The notes under the pieces are model-generated. The model was not told the DNA's origin and did not search any database. It worked only from the letters and a program-made list of their open reading frames with translations. This document shows, piece by piece, positions 10,747-20,870 of a DNA stretch of 64,000 nt. Every line of letters starts with the position of its first letter. The first letter of the stretch is position 1. A program made the translations under genes and the position numbers. The DNA is from Candidatus Marinacidobacterales bacterium. GTDB taxonomy: Bacteria > Acidobacteriota > Vicinamibacteria > Marinacidobacterales > SMYC01. The stretch spans positions 384,001 to 448,000 of the forward strand of contig CBDCYI010000004.1 of assembly GCA_965224085.1 (NCBI GenBank). The letters run 5' to 3'.

Positions 10747-12184
10747 ATAGGGACCGTTACCAGGCAGTCCGCCCTCTTCTACGTCAACTTCTCCAAACAG
10801 GCGTCGCTCATCAAGGATGATCTACTCGAACCCGTCGACACGCTCCTCGAGGACCCCGAGCTGATAGAACTGACGAGAGAATCGCTCGCTGGTCGTTTCC
10901 CGCTCTCACCGCGTACCGGCCGGGTGAGTATCGCGCCTGACCGCTTGCTCCGCAGCTGTGTACTCAAGCACATCAAAGGATGGTCCTTCCGAGTCCTCGA
11001 GCGGGAGATCCGTTCTAGCCTCGTGTATCGGCGCTTCACTCGCTTCGACGACGATTCGATTCCCAACTACTCCACATTCAGTCGCAACTTTTCCCTACTC
11101 GGTGATGCGTTCGTAGAGAAAATCCATGCCCGTGTGGTCGCTCAGGCTCGAGACGAAAAGGTGGCTACGGGACGCAAGTTACGCACGGATACGACGGTAG
11201 TGGAGAGCAACATCCATTACCCCACAGATAGCTCACTGCTTGCCGATGGCATCCGGGTGCTCACCCGTAGTCTGAAGTGTATTGCAAAGGCTTGTGCTCA
11301 AGGTGCGCTCAAGGTGGTGGACCACAGCCGATCAACGAAAAACAGGCAGCTTGAGATCGACCGCGCCAGCAAGTCGTTCACCGAATCGAGCCAAGTCAAG
11401 TTCAAGCAAAGTTATCGCAAGCTCATGGGCACGGCGCGCAGCGTGGTCCGGCAAGCCGACGAGGTTATTCAGTCGCTCAAGAGCGGAAAGCTTCCGGTCG
11501 TGGGTTCGCTGGTGAGCATCATAAGCAATCAGAGCCAACTCGAACATTATCTGCCACTGTGCAAAAAGGTGTTAGCTCAGACAAAGGCCCGTGTTTTAGG
11601 GGGCCATCGTCACCATCCGGACAAGATCGTCAGCCTGTTCGAGGAGCATACGGCCGTGATCCGAAAAGGCAAAACATGGAAGCCGACCGAGTTTGGACGA
11701 CTCGTGCGAATTGATGAGGTGGAGAACGGCATTGTTAGCCACTACGAAGTTGCCGCAGGCAATCCGGCGGACCAAACTCAGTGGATGCCCGCGCTGGAGC
11801 AACACAAAAAACAGTTCGCTCGTGCGCCGGAGATGGCGACCGCTGACCGCGGATTCTTTTCGGCAGACAATGAACGCAAGGCCATAGATCTCGGTGTAAA
11901 GAAAGTGGTGTTGCCGGCTCGAGGACGACCCTCGAAAAAACGAGCCAAGGTTCAAAAAAAGCGCTGGTTCCGTCGAGCCCTCAAGTGGCGCGGGGGCGTC
12001 GAGTCCCGCATCAGCACCCTCAAGCACCGCTTCGCTATGCTTCGCGCCACCTACAAGGGCGACCGAGGATTCAAGCGTTACGTCGGGTGGTGCGTTATCA
12101 GCCAAAACCTCATATCGATCGCTCGAGTCAAGCGGCGAAGAAAGGACAGCGAAAATGCCGAACCCTTCATTCCGATCCACGTAA
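10747..12184 (+). CDS. DDE transposase of IS B; start codon uncertain, 3' end probably affected by a 1-nt deletion near 12177
   Basis: RTDTTVVESNIHYPTDS, ADRGF, WRGGVESRISTLK; frame is open upstream of 10924 (GTVTRQSALFYVNFSKQASL). Confidence 0.85.
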
Positions 12185-12500
12185 ACGTCGGGACCAGCTC
12201 CTACAACAGATTCAACAATATGCGCGAAGGGCGATCTTCGGCACACCCTCCGAAACCTATCGTACCTGCGGTACGCCCACTTGTCGGTGCCACGGGCCCG
12301 GGCCAAAGCATGGCCCTCACCTCTATATCAATTTTCGTGGCAAGCACGGCAAGACTACCGGCTACTATGTGCCCCAAGCCGCACACAAGCGTATCCGCGA
12401 AGGCGTCGCCGCATGGCAGAGCTTGCAGGATTGTCTGCGAGAACTCGCGGACATCAACAAGCAAAATACGCTCGACCGTGCCCGACAGGCGCGTTCCTAA
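12154..12500 (+). CDS. Small Cys/His passenger protein of IS B (DUF6788-like), frameshift near start
   Basis: RTCGTPTCRCHGPGPKHGPHLY...GYYVP; ATG 12154 is out of frame by one base. Confidence 0.7.
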
Positions 12501-12587
12501 CAAGCAGTACAACCAACGGCCTCACTCCTGTGCTCAAACAAATGAACGCCTTGACGCTAAACGGGCTTTTGCAACAGGCTCTAGCTA

Positions 12588-14271
12588 GTTCCTGTCCAGA
12601 AACACCATAACTTGTGGTGTACGAGAGGCCTATCGAAGATGTGGGTATTATACGTTTTCAGTCGGCACCTCGTAGGCTCGGAAGCGAATGAAAATCTTGG
12701 ACGAAACGAGAGGCGAATCGTCAGCAATCCATGGCTATAAACGCAGTAAGAGTAATCATTATTATCGTAATAGGTGCCTTGCCATTACCAACAGGTTGCA
12801 GGTGATGATGGAACTCCATACGTAGGATTTGAAAGAAGGCAATGAGCGCCATGTGCATCGGTCGAGACCAAAGACTCGTTTCAAGAACGAAATGACGCCT
12901 TCGATTCCGCAGCGAAATCGCCGTAGGCGTTGATAGACCCAGGAACTCTTGACCATATCGGTCACCGCGAAGTGAGCCTTGGTAAAGGCAACATCTTCAA
13001 CTCCCTTGCCTTTGATGGCTTCCAAGTTTGCCTTTGAAGAAAACGCGCCATCGTAGGCAACCTGGCGCGGGGCCCGTTCGTAGAGTTCGACTTGACGGTC
13101 GATCATGGTTTCCGCGAGAGTTGAATCGGACGGATTCCCATCCAAGATCACGCAATCCAAAATCATCGAGGACGAGCCACCAGTCAAACACACCTTGTGA
13201 CCGTAGAGAGTCTCGCGCCGGTCTTTGCGAATAATGTCGGTGTGTTCTTCGAAGATCGAAACGACCTTTTCCTCCGCAGGCACACGCTCTTCATCAATCA
13301 CTCTACGCCGAGTTTGGTTGATGACTTTTTCGGTGAGGACGAGAAAGTGCTTAAAATCCGCGGCGATCTTCTCCGCACTCGCTCGCTTCACCGGCTCGGT
13401 CAAGCCGGACTCGTCCAACTGGTCTGCAACGCGTTGAGCGGAGCGATAGGTTTCTTCCGACACCTTCAGTAGATCTCGATAGACGCGACGCCTTTGTTCC
13501 TTATCCTTCGCGTTTAGAACTCCCAGTCGACGTCTCTTCGCTCGACGCGTTCGATTGCCGAAGACCACTACTGTACCCAGCAGTTCGCGAGTTCGGCACA
13601 TGAGGCGAGTGAGAACTCGGACGCAGTCATAAAGAAGCTCGGAGTCCGTAGGAGAATGAATATTCGACTCCACTACCGTGCAGTCCACTCGTACTTTTCT
13701 TCCTTTTTCGATCGCGGTCTTCTCGGCAACACTCACCAACTCTCGGTTGATTTTCTCCAGCGTTTCGAACTTCACGGCTTTGATGTTTGCTGCTAGGGTC
13801 GACTTCGACGGGCTCGGCTCTATGATGCCGAGCTGGCAAAACGTCCGATAGCTTCGAGAGTCTGCCAAGTGAAACGCCAGCTCCCGATAGGTGAACTGAT
13901 TCAGCTGCTTGACCAACAACGCCCGGAGAACCTGCTCCGCGCTCATTCCCCCACGACCAACATCGCTCCCTGCCGATGGGGTGACCGACCTCAGGTCTTG
14001 CAGTACCAGCTCATTGAGCTTAGGATGGGCATCGAGCAGCGATGATATCGTTTCGAGCTCGCGTGCGTGCTCCAGCTCCAGCCAGGGCTCGCGAAGGCTT
14101 GGTTGTGGGTTGATCGTTTTTCGCATTTAGGGCTGGTCTCCTTTGGAGTTAAGTCGTTTAGAATCTGCGTTTTTGTCGACTCGATACTAAACGACACTCC
14201 CTCAGAAGGCTAGCCCTAAATTTGCGATTACCCCTTTTTTCTCAACCTCTTACACCTGTCAGGACGGGTAC
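12588..14271 (-). mobile_element. IS A copy 2, inverted; transposase 12762-14126
   Basis: Identical 454-aa ORF; TAGCTA at 12582-12587 and 14272-14277; a SNP at 12753 relative to copies 1 and 3. Confidence 0.93.
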
Positions 14272-14277
14272 TAGCTA

Positions 14278-15372
14278 GTTCCTGTCCAGAAACACCATAA
14301 CTTGTGGTGTACGAGAGGCCTATCGAAGATGTGGGTATTATACGTTTTCAGTCGGCACCTCGTAGGCTCGGAAGCGAATGAAAATCTTGGACGAAACGAG
14401 AGGCGAATCGTCAGCAATCCATGGCTATAAACGCAGTAAGAGCAATCATTATTATCGTAATAGGTGCCTTGCCATTACCAACAGGTTGCAGGTGATGATG
14501 GAACTCCATACGTAGGATTTGAAAGAAGGCAATGAGCGCCATGTGCATCGGTCGAGACCAAAGACTCGTTTCAAGAACGAAATGACGCCTTCGATTCCGC
14601 AGCGAAATCGCCGTAGGCGTTGATAGACCCAGGAACTCTTGACCATATCGGTCACCGCGAAGTGAGCCTTGGTAAAGGCAACATCTTCAACTCCCTTGCC
14701 TTTGATGGCTTCCAAGTTTGCCTTTGAAGAAAACGCGCCATCGTAGGCAACCTGGCGCGGGGCCCGTTCGTAGAGTTCGACTTGACGGTCGATCATGGTT
14801 TCCGCGAGAGTTGAATCGGACGGATTCCCATCCAAGATCACGCAATCCAAAATCATCGAGGACGAGCCACCAGTCAAACACACCTTGTGACCGTAGAGAG
14901 TCTCGCGCCGGTCTTTGCGAATAATGTCGGTGTGTTCTTCGAAGATCGAAACGACCTTTTCCTCCGCAGGCACACGCTCTTCATCAATCACTCTACGCCG
15001 AGTTTGGTTGATGACTTTTTCGGTGAGGACGAGAAAGTGCTTAAAATCCGCGGCGATCTTCTCCGCACTCGCTCGCTTCACCGGCTCGGTCAAGCCGGAC
15101 TCGTCCAACTGGTCTGCAACGCGTTGAGCGGAGCGATAGGTTTCTTCCGACACCTTCAGTAGATCTCGATAGACGCGACGCCTTTGTTCCTTATCCTTCG
15201 CGTTTAGAACTCCCAGTCGACGTCTCTTCGCTCGACGCGTTCGATTGCCGAAGACCACTACTGTACCCAGCAGTTCGCGAGTTCGGCACATGAGGCGAGT
15301 GAGAACTCGGACGCAGTCATAAAGAAGCTCGGAGTCCGTAGGAGAATGAATATTCGACTCCACTACCGTGCA
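14278..15372 (-). mobile_element. IS A copy 3, 5'-truncated
   Basis: Matches the right end and 3' part of IS A up to ...CACTACCGTGCA. Confidence 0.9.
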
Positions 15373-16562
15373 AGGGCTCGACGGAACCAGCGCTTTTTTT
15401 GAACCTTGGCTCGTTTTTTCGAGGGTCGTCCTCGAGCCGGCAACACCACTTTCTTTACACCGAGATCTATGGCCTTGCGTTCATTGTCTGCCGAAAAGAA
15501 TCCGCGGTCAGCGGTCGCCATCTCCGGCGCACGAGCGAACTGTTTTTTGTGTTGCTCCAGCGCGGGCATCCACTGAGTTTGGTCCGCCGGATTGCCTGCG
15601 GCAACTTCGTAGTGGCTAACAATGCCGTTCTCCACCTCATCAATTCGCACGAGTCGTCCAAACTCGGTCGGCTTCCATGTTTTGCCTTTTCGGATCACGG
15701 CCGTATGCTCCTCGAACAGGCTGACGATCTTGTCCGGATGGTGACGATGGCCCCCTAAAACACGGGCCTTTGTCTGAGCTAACACCTTTTTGCACAGTGG
15801 CAGATAATGTTCGAGTTGGCTCTGATTGCTTATGATGCTCACCAGCGAACCCACGACCGGAAGCTTTCCGCTCTTGAGCGACTGAATAACCTCGTCGGCT
15901 TGCCGGACCACGCTGCGCGCCGTGCCCATGAGCTTGCGATAACTTTGCTTGAACTTGACTTGGCTCGATTCGGTGAACGACTTGCTGGCGCGGTCGATCT
16001 CAAGCTGCCTGTTTTTCGTTGATCGGCTGTGGTCCACCACCTTGAGCGCACCTTGAGCACAAGCCTTTGCAATACACTTCAGACTACGGGTGAGCACCCG
16101 GATGCCATCGGCAAGCAGTGAGCTATCTGTGGGGTAATGGATGTTGCTCTCCACTACCGTCGTATCCGTGCGTAACTTGCGTCCCGTAGCCACCTTTTCG
16201 TCTCGAGCCTGAGCGACCACACGGGCATGGATTTTCTCTACGAACGCATCACCGAGTAGGGAAAAGTTGCGACTGAATGTGGAGTAGTTGGGAATCGAAT
16301 CGTCGTCGAAGCGAGTGAAGCGCCGATACACGAGGCTAGAACGGATCTCCCGCTCGAGGACTCGGAAGGACCATCCTTTGATGTGCTTGAGTACACAGCT
16401 GCGGAGCAAGCGGTCAGGCGCGATACTCACCCGGCCGGTACGCGGTGAGAGCGGGAAACGACCAGCGAGCGATTCTCTCGTCAGTTCTATCAGCTCGGGG
16501 TCCTCGAGGAGCGTGTCGACGGGTTCGAGTAGATCATCCTTGATGAGCGACGCCTGTTTGGA
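15373..16562 (-). mobile_element. IS B copy 2, internal fragment lacking both TIRs
   Basis: Reverse complement of ~10792-11981; ORF 15363-16430 ends WFRRALAR*. Confidence 0.9.
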
Positions 16563-16573
16563 AGCGGACAGCC

Positions 16574-16600
16574 GGTGTCAACTGTCGTTGACACCTTCCG
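16574..16600. repeat. Palindromic site, copy 1: GGTGTCAAC-TGTC-GTTGACACC-TTCCG
   Basis: 9-bp inverted arms with a 4-bp spacer; 25/27 identical to 19167-19193. Confidence 0.8.
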
Positions 16601-17010
16601 GGCGCGCGCAAAGCCATTTTTTCACTGGATAGCCAGGACTTGGCCGCTAATGCAACTCTCACCCCTTCCGCACGGACACTTACCGACAACCGCCGTTGAC
16701 ATTCTTCGGCATTCGTGAGCGCCGGCCCCCAGCCTGAAGTGCTGGATTCAAGTTGTTGTGCGTCTTGGCGTTGATGGATTTCCTCAGCTCTTACCCGAGC
16801 TTGGATTTCGGCGTAAAAAGTCCCTTTCCGCCTCCGCGGGTCTCGATCCGCTCGCGTCGGCCCGAAAAGCGCCAAGCTGTCGTTCGCGGAATCGCCATGC
16901 TAGAATTAGAGGCGTACCCCAGAAAATCCAGGAACCGAGGCTGTTATTGTTTCGGCTGTTGCCTTACGTGTGACGGGCAGCTCGCCGGACTCCACATCAC
17001 GATACGCACA

Positions 17011-19092
17011 ATGCCGCCAACCGGACTCAACAGGTACCGCATCCTCGAAAGAATCGGGCAGGGCAGTAGTGGCAAAGTTTTTCGAGCCTACGACGCCATC
17101 CTCGGTCGCCACGTGGCTCTGAAGATCATTACTCGGCGTCCCAACGATGATGAAGTCGTCGAGCGCTTCCGTCGCGAAGCGCTCGCAGCCGCGCAATTGA
17201 CACATCCGAACGTCGTCACCGTCTATGAGTCCGGCAGAGAGGGCGGCGAGTATTTCACCGCCATGGAGCTGCTCAAAGGGGTCGACATCCGGGGGCTCAT
17301 CCGGGCAAAGGCTCCGCTCAGCCTGACGGACAAGTATCGTTTGATACTGCAGGTATGCGCGGGCGTCGGGCACGCTCACGAGAGAAAAATCGTCCATCGC
17401 GACTTGACGCCGAGCAACCTTCATATCCTACCCGATGGTCAGGTGAAGATCATCGACTTTGGCTTGGTGCGATTGGCGTCCTCCAATATCACCCAGACAG
17501 GCACCATCATGGGAACGCCCTACTACATGTCACCGGAGCAAGCTGAAGGACGGAGAGTAGGGCCGGCATCTGATGTTTTTTCGATCGGTGTCGTCTTCTA
17601 CGAGTTCCTTGCATACCGCAAGCCCTTCCGCGCCGATGGGATCCTGACGACTTTGTATCGAATCATCCACGAGGACCACCCGCCCCTCCCGACACTCGTT
17701 TCCGATGTCCCACAGAGCCTGGTCGATGTGATCGACAAGGCCTTGTCGAAGGATGCTGGGGCAAGATTCGATAACGCAAACGAGTTCCTCCAGGCGTTGC
17801 AACAGCTGACCGAGGACAAGCAATTCCGCGAGGTGGTGGATCTTGACCGGCCCTCCGACGATCTTAGCGGCATTTTGCGCGAGCAAACGCAAGTGATTGA
17901 AGGCCGCGACCGCGAAAAAACGAGCACCACCGATCACGTTTCTCACGAGCGTGACGTCGCTCTGTTCACCAGCCTCGCTGGAAACTTGACTTCCACACCC
18001 CTCGCAGCCATTTTGAAGTGTTGCGCGGCCGAGTCGAAGACGGGAGCTCTCCATATTCGGCGGGGCGCCATCGAAAAGCGCTTTTTCTTCGTCGGCGGAC
18101 GACTGTTCTCGACCGCAACCAACAGCCCCAGAGAAACCCTTGGCCAGCACCTCATCCGGGTCGGCTACGTTTCCGAGAAACAGCTCTTCGAGGCCCTGTC
18201 GGAGCAAGAGCGAAGCCACAAACCACTTGGAGAGCTTCTCGTGGACAAAAAGTTGGTGGAAGAAGCAAAGCTCACGAATCTGATCAGACTGAAATCCGAG
18301 GAAAGTCTTTTTGATTGTTTCCTCTGGCCGGACGGCGAGTTCGCCTTCGAGGACGGGCACATTCCCGAGAAGATGTATCTGGCGACGGCTCTTGATATAC
18401 CAGGCCTGATTCGAGAAAGCGAGACACGAGCGCAAAAGTGGACGAAGATATGCGAGTTGTTTCCGTCTGCGCGAACCACCTTCACCGTTACGGGCGCCTT
18501 CGAAACAGCGAAAGTCCTCTCCGAGGAGCACCGTCGAGTCGTCGCGCTGATCGAGCGAGGTATGAGCTTGGCCGAAATCGCTTTGGAAATGCACGCCATG
18601 GAGTTCCGGATTTCATCATGCTTGCTCGATCTATACGAGCAGAAGGTGATCCGAATCGGAAAGATCTCGGAGGGGCGGTCCTACGAGGCTAGCGTCGAAC
18701 AGCTCCGGACTTTGTTACGTGAAGGGCTGACCTATTTCAATGCGGGGGACCATCCTCGGGCGCTCCCCGCCTTCCAAGCTGCACTCGAGATCGATCCGCA
18801 GAGCAAAGCTCATCTGTACATCAAGAAGATCGAGAATACACTCGGAAAACAAGATTCGAAAGTTCCCCTTCCTCTCGATGCGGTTCCGGTGCTCGCAGTC
18901 CCTGTCGCCGACCTCGCCACCAAAGATCTCACGCATCAGGAAGGCTTCGTCTTGTCCAGGGTCAACGGCGACTGGAACATAGGCTCGATTCTGAGTATCT
19001 GTCCCATGAGTGAGATCGAAGTCGTTGCTATCTTCAGGAAACTTGAAGGGAGCGGGCTCATCGCGATCAAGCAGCAGAGCGCCGCCTCCTGA
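17011..19092 (+). CDS. Hanks-type Ser/Thr kinase with DUF4388-like domain and TPR
   Basis: IGQGSSGKV, VALK, HRDLTPSN, DFG, GTPYYMSPE; KTGALHI...LGQHLI...FLWPDGEFAFE. Confidence 0.9.
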   Translation: MPPTGLNRYRILERIGQGSSGKVFRAYDAILGRHVALKIITRRPNDDEVVERFRREALAAAQLTHPNVVTVYESGREGGEYFTAMELLKGVDIRGLIRAKAPLSLTDKYRLILQVCAGVGHAHERKIVHRDLTPSNLHILPDGQVKIIDFGLVRLASSNITQTGTIMGTPYYMSPEQAEGRRVGPASDVFSIGVVFYEFLAYRKPFRADGILTTLYRIIHEDHPPLPTLVSDVPQSLVDVIDKALSKDAGARFDNANEFLQALQQLTEDKQFREVVDLDRPSDDLSGILREQTQVIEGRDREKTSTTDHVSHERDVALFTSLAGNLTSTPLAAILKCCAAESKTGALHIRRGAIEKRFFFVGGRLFSTATNSPRETLGQHLIRVGYVSEKQLFEALSEQERSHKPLGELLVDKKLVEEAKLTNLIRLKSEESLFDCFLWPDGEFAFEDGHIPEKMYLATALDIPGLIRESETRAQKWTKICELFPSARTTFTVTGAFETAKVLSEEHRRVVALIERGMSLAEIALEMHAMEFRISSCLLDLYEQKVIRIGKISEGRSYEASVEQLRTLLREGLTYFNAGDHPRALPAFQAALEIDPQSKAHLYIKKIENTLGKQDSKVPLPLDAVPVLAVPVADLATKDLTHQEGFVLSRVNGDWNIGSILSICPMSEIEVVAIFRKLEGSGLIAIKQQSAAS

Positions 19093-19166
19093 GAACCTGT
19101 CGCTCATCGTTATCTCTTTAGTGTAGCCGGGCGCTGGCTCGCTTGGGCACAGCCGGGCAGATTGTT

Positions 19167-19193
19167 GGTGTCAACCGTCGTTGACACTTTCCG
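19167..19193. repeat. Palindromic site, copy 2: GGTGTCAAC-CGTC-GTTGACACT-TTCCG
   Basis: Direct repeat of 16574-16600. Confidence 0.8.
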
Positions 19194-19210
19194 CAAACCG
19201 CGCTCGATGC

Positions 19211-19900
19211 TCACTCGCACCAGGTAGGCCGGTCGAGCTTCGGGTACAGGCTGCGGAGTCGCTGTACCCGGTACACCGAGTAGCGAGCCGCCGGGTCGTT
19301 GATGACGAGCTCCCGCACTTTTTCCTTGTTCTCGCCGTAGGTCACCTCGAGAAAACGAGCCCACTGGCGGCCGCCGAACGTGGCCATGGGCTTGCCGTCT
19401 GCATCTGCGAAGCGACCGCCATCGGTTATCAGGACGTTTCCGGTCTCGGGAAGGTGATCGGTATCGGAGATAAAAGGAGAGACGAAGCGCTCCTGCTCGG
19501 GACCGTACATCCAGACTTCTTCGACAGTGCTCGCCTCCTCATCCACCCGGTACTCTACAGCGCGGCTGAAGCGCTCTTCGACCGGCTGCGGCTCCTGCGG
19601 TGGGATACTCCGCGCGCCACCGTTGTCATAAAGCCGCAACGTGCCGCGCGGGGTCAGCTCGACCCCGTGCTGATGGCACGGCCAGATCACGTCTCCCTTC
19701 GGTTGCAGGAGCTTTTGCGACCAGGGCTCGCGCCCAGCCGATCGGATCTCCGAGGATCCAAACGAGCTCGCCGGTCGCCATGTCCACCTTGTAGATTACG
19801 CACTGCGTGTAGCTCGAGACGAGCACCGCATCCTCCTCCTCCACGTAGTAAACGGCGTTGGAGTGGGTGATGTCGTATGGCAACGGATCGTAACGCTCCT
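19211..19900 (-). pseudogene. Aryl-sulfate sulfotransferase (ASST), C-terminal remnant
   Basis: DITHSNAV, TGELVWILG, HQHGV, LYDNG, SRAVEYRVDE; frameshift near 19720. Confidence 0.8.
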
Positions 19901-19905
19901 TGTAG

Positions 19906-20184
19906 ATGAAGGTTGCACTGTACGTGAGGCGCTCTGGCGATTCCCAGGACGAGAGTCTAAACACCCAGCTCGAACTCCTTGAGGCCGAAGGGAAGCGCAA
20001 CGGTTGGATCGTCGCCCGATACCGCGACACGATCAGCGGCACGGTTGCACAAAGAGCTCGCCTTCCTTCAATAGTACGCAAGGTCAGTACGCAACGTCGG
20101 CGAGAGGATGTCGGAGCGTCGAGAGCTCCCGATCCAAGACGCCGAAGATGTGCGGCTCTTCGGGATGAGTTGTCCATGGGGTAG
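19906..20184 (+). pseudogene. Serine recombinase catalytic-domain N-terminal remnant
   Basis: MKVALYVRRS...QDESLNTQ...GWIVARYRDTISGTVAQR; similarity lost after ~60 aa. Confidence 0.75.
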
Positions 20185-20272
20185 CCGCCGCGCACGAGGC
20201 TCGTCGTGTCGTTGTCGTGCACGTTGTTCGTGCGCCAAGCGATGAAGTGATACATGAAGGGGATGTGGAACA

Positions 20273-20460
20273 CTAGCTGCGTTCCCGCCAGTCGATCTCG
20301 AACAAGGGAATGGGCTCGTCGAAACCGGAACGCTCTACGTCTTCGCATTCCGAGAAGGGTAGTTCTTTTTCCGCGACATAGATCGCGTATCACCTGAGAG
20401 GCAACGATCAAGTCAGCACCGGACCGGCTACAGATTGCGTCGGTGAGGTTTTCCATACGA
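20273..20460 (-). pseudogene. Class III adenylate/guanylate cyclase, C-terminal remnant
   Basis: NLTDAICSRSGADLIVASQVIRDLCRGK / ELPFSECEDVERSGFDEPIPLFEIDW across a frameshift. Confidence 0.55.
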
Positions 20461-20462
20461 CA

Positions 20463-20651
20463 CGGCACCTAGTCCGACTCGCCCGGTCCTACATCGACTA
20501 TTATCACGAGGATCGTTGTCACCTGGGACTCGGAAAAGACTCGCCGAACGAGAGACCGGTGACGCCGCGACCGTCACCAGCGGCGAAGGTCGTCGCGCTG
20601 CCGAGGGTAGGTGGTCTTCACCATCGCTACGAATGGCGCGAGGCCGCGTAG
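20463..20651 (+). pseudogene. Integrase-core (rve) transposase, C-terminal remnant
   Basis: RHLVRLARSYIDYYHEDRCHLGLGKDSP...LPRVGGLHHRYEW. Confidence 0.75.
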
Positions 20652-20870
20652 AGCAGTTTTGGTCATCAACGTCGCGGGGCCGGAGCTGTCGACAATGGCG
20701 CTCTCCAACTCCGATACCCGCTGGTCGTGTAATCCCGGCAGCGTTTCGCGTGCGTCGACCTCGCTTTCGTGCTCGTCACCGAGCCACACGCGCCTAACCT
20801 CCCGGGCGGATCAATAAAGATGATGGACAACCCTGTGGTACGCTACGACGTTTTTTTCGGGAGGTATTCC

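Larger units (their letters stand above)
10559..12581 (+). mobile_element. ISNCY-type IS 'B', copy 1 (2023 bp)
   Basis: Perfect 15-bp TIR GAGCCTGTTGCAAAA / TTTTGCAACAGGCTC; TAGCTA on both sides. Confidence 0.92.

Noticed and set aside
10924-12588. 554-aa IS B transposase with a novel C-terminal domain
   Set aside because: The tail is out-of-frame read-through of the passenger gene, running past the TIR.
8869-16562. IS stack as a CRISPR-like or purely artefactual repeat
   Set aside because: The repeats are whole transposase elements with TIRs and consistent target duplications, and one copy has a SNP. Misassembly is not excluded but is not needed to explain it.
16574-19193. Palindromic sites as integron attC or Xer dif sites
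   Set aside because: They do not fit RYYYAAC...GTTRRRY with a long stem, nor the 11-6-11 dif consensus, and no integron integrase is present.
19626-20468. 280-aa ORF as a real gene
   Set aside because: A chance frame linking cyclase, antisense recombinase and ASST remnants.
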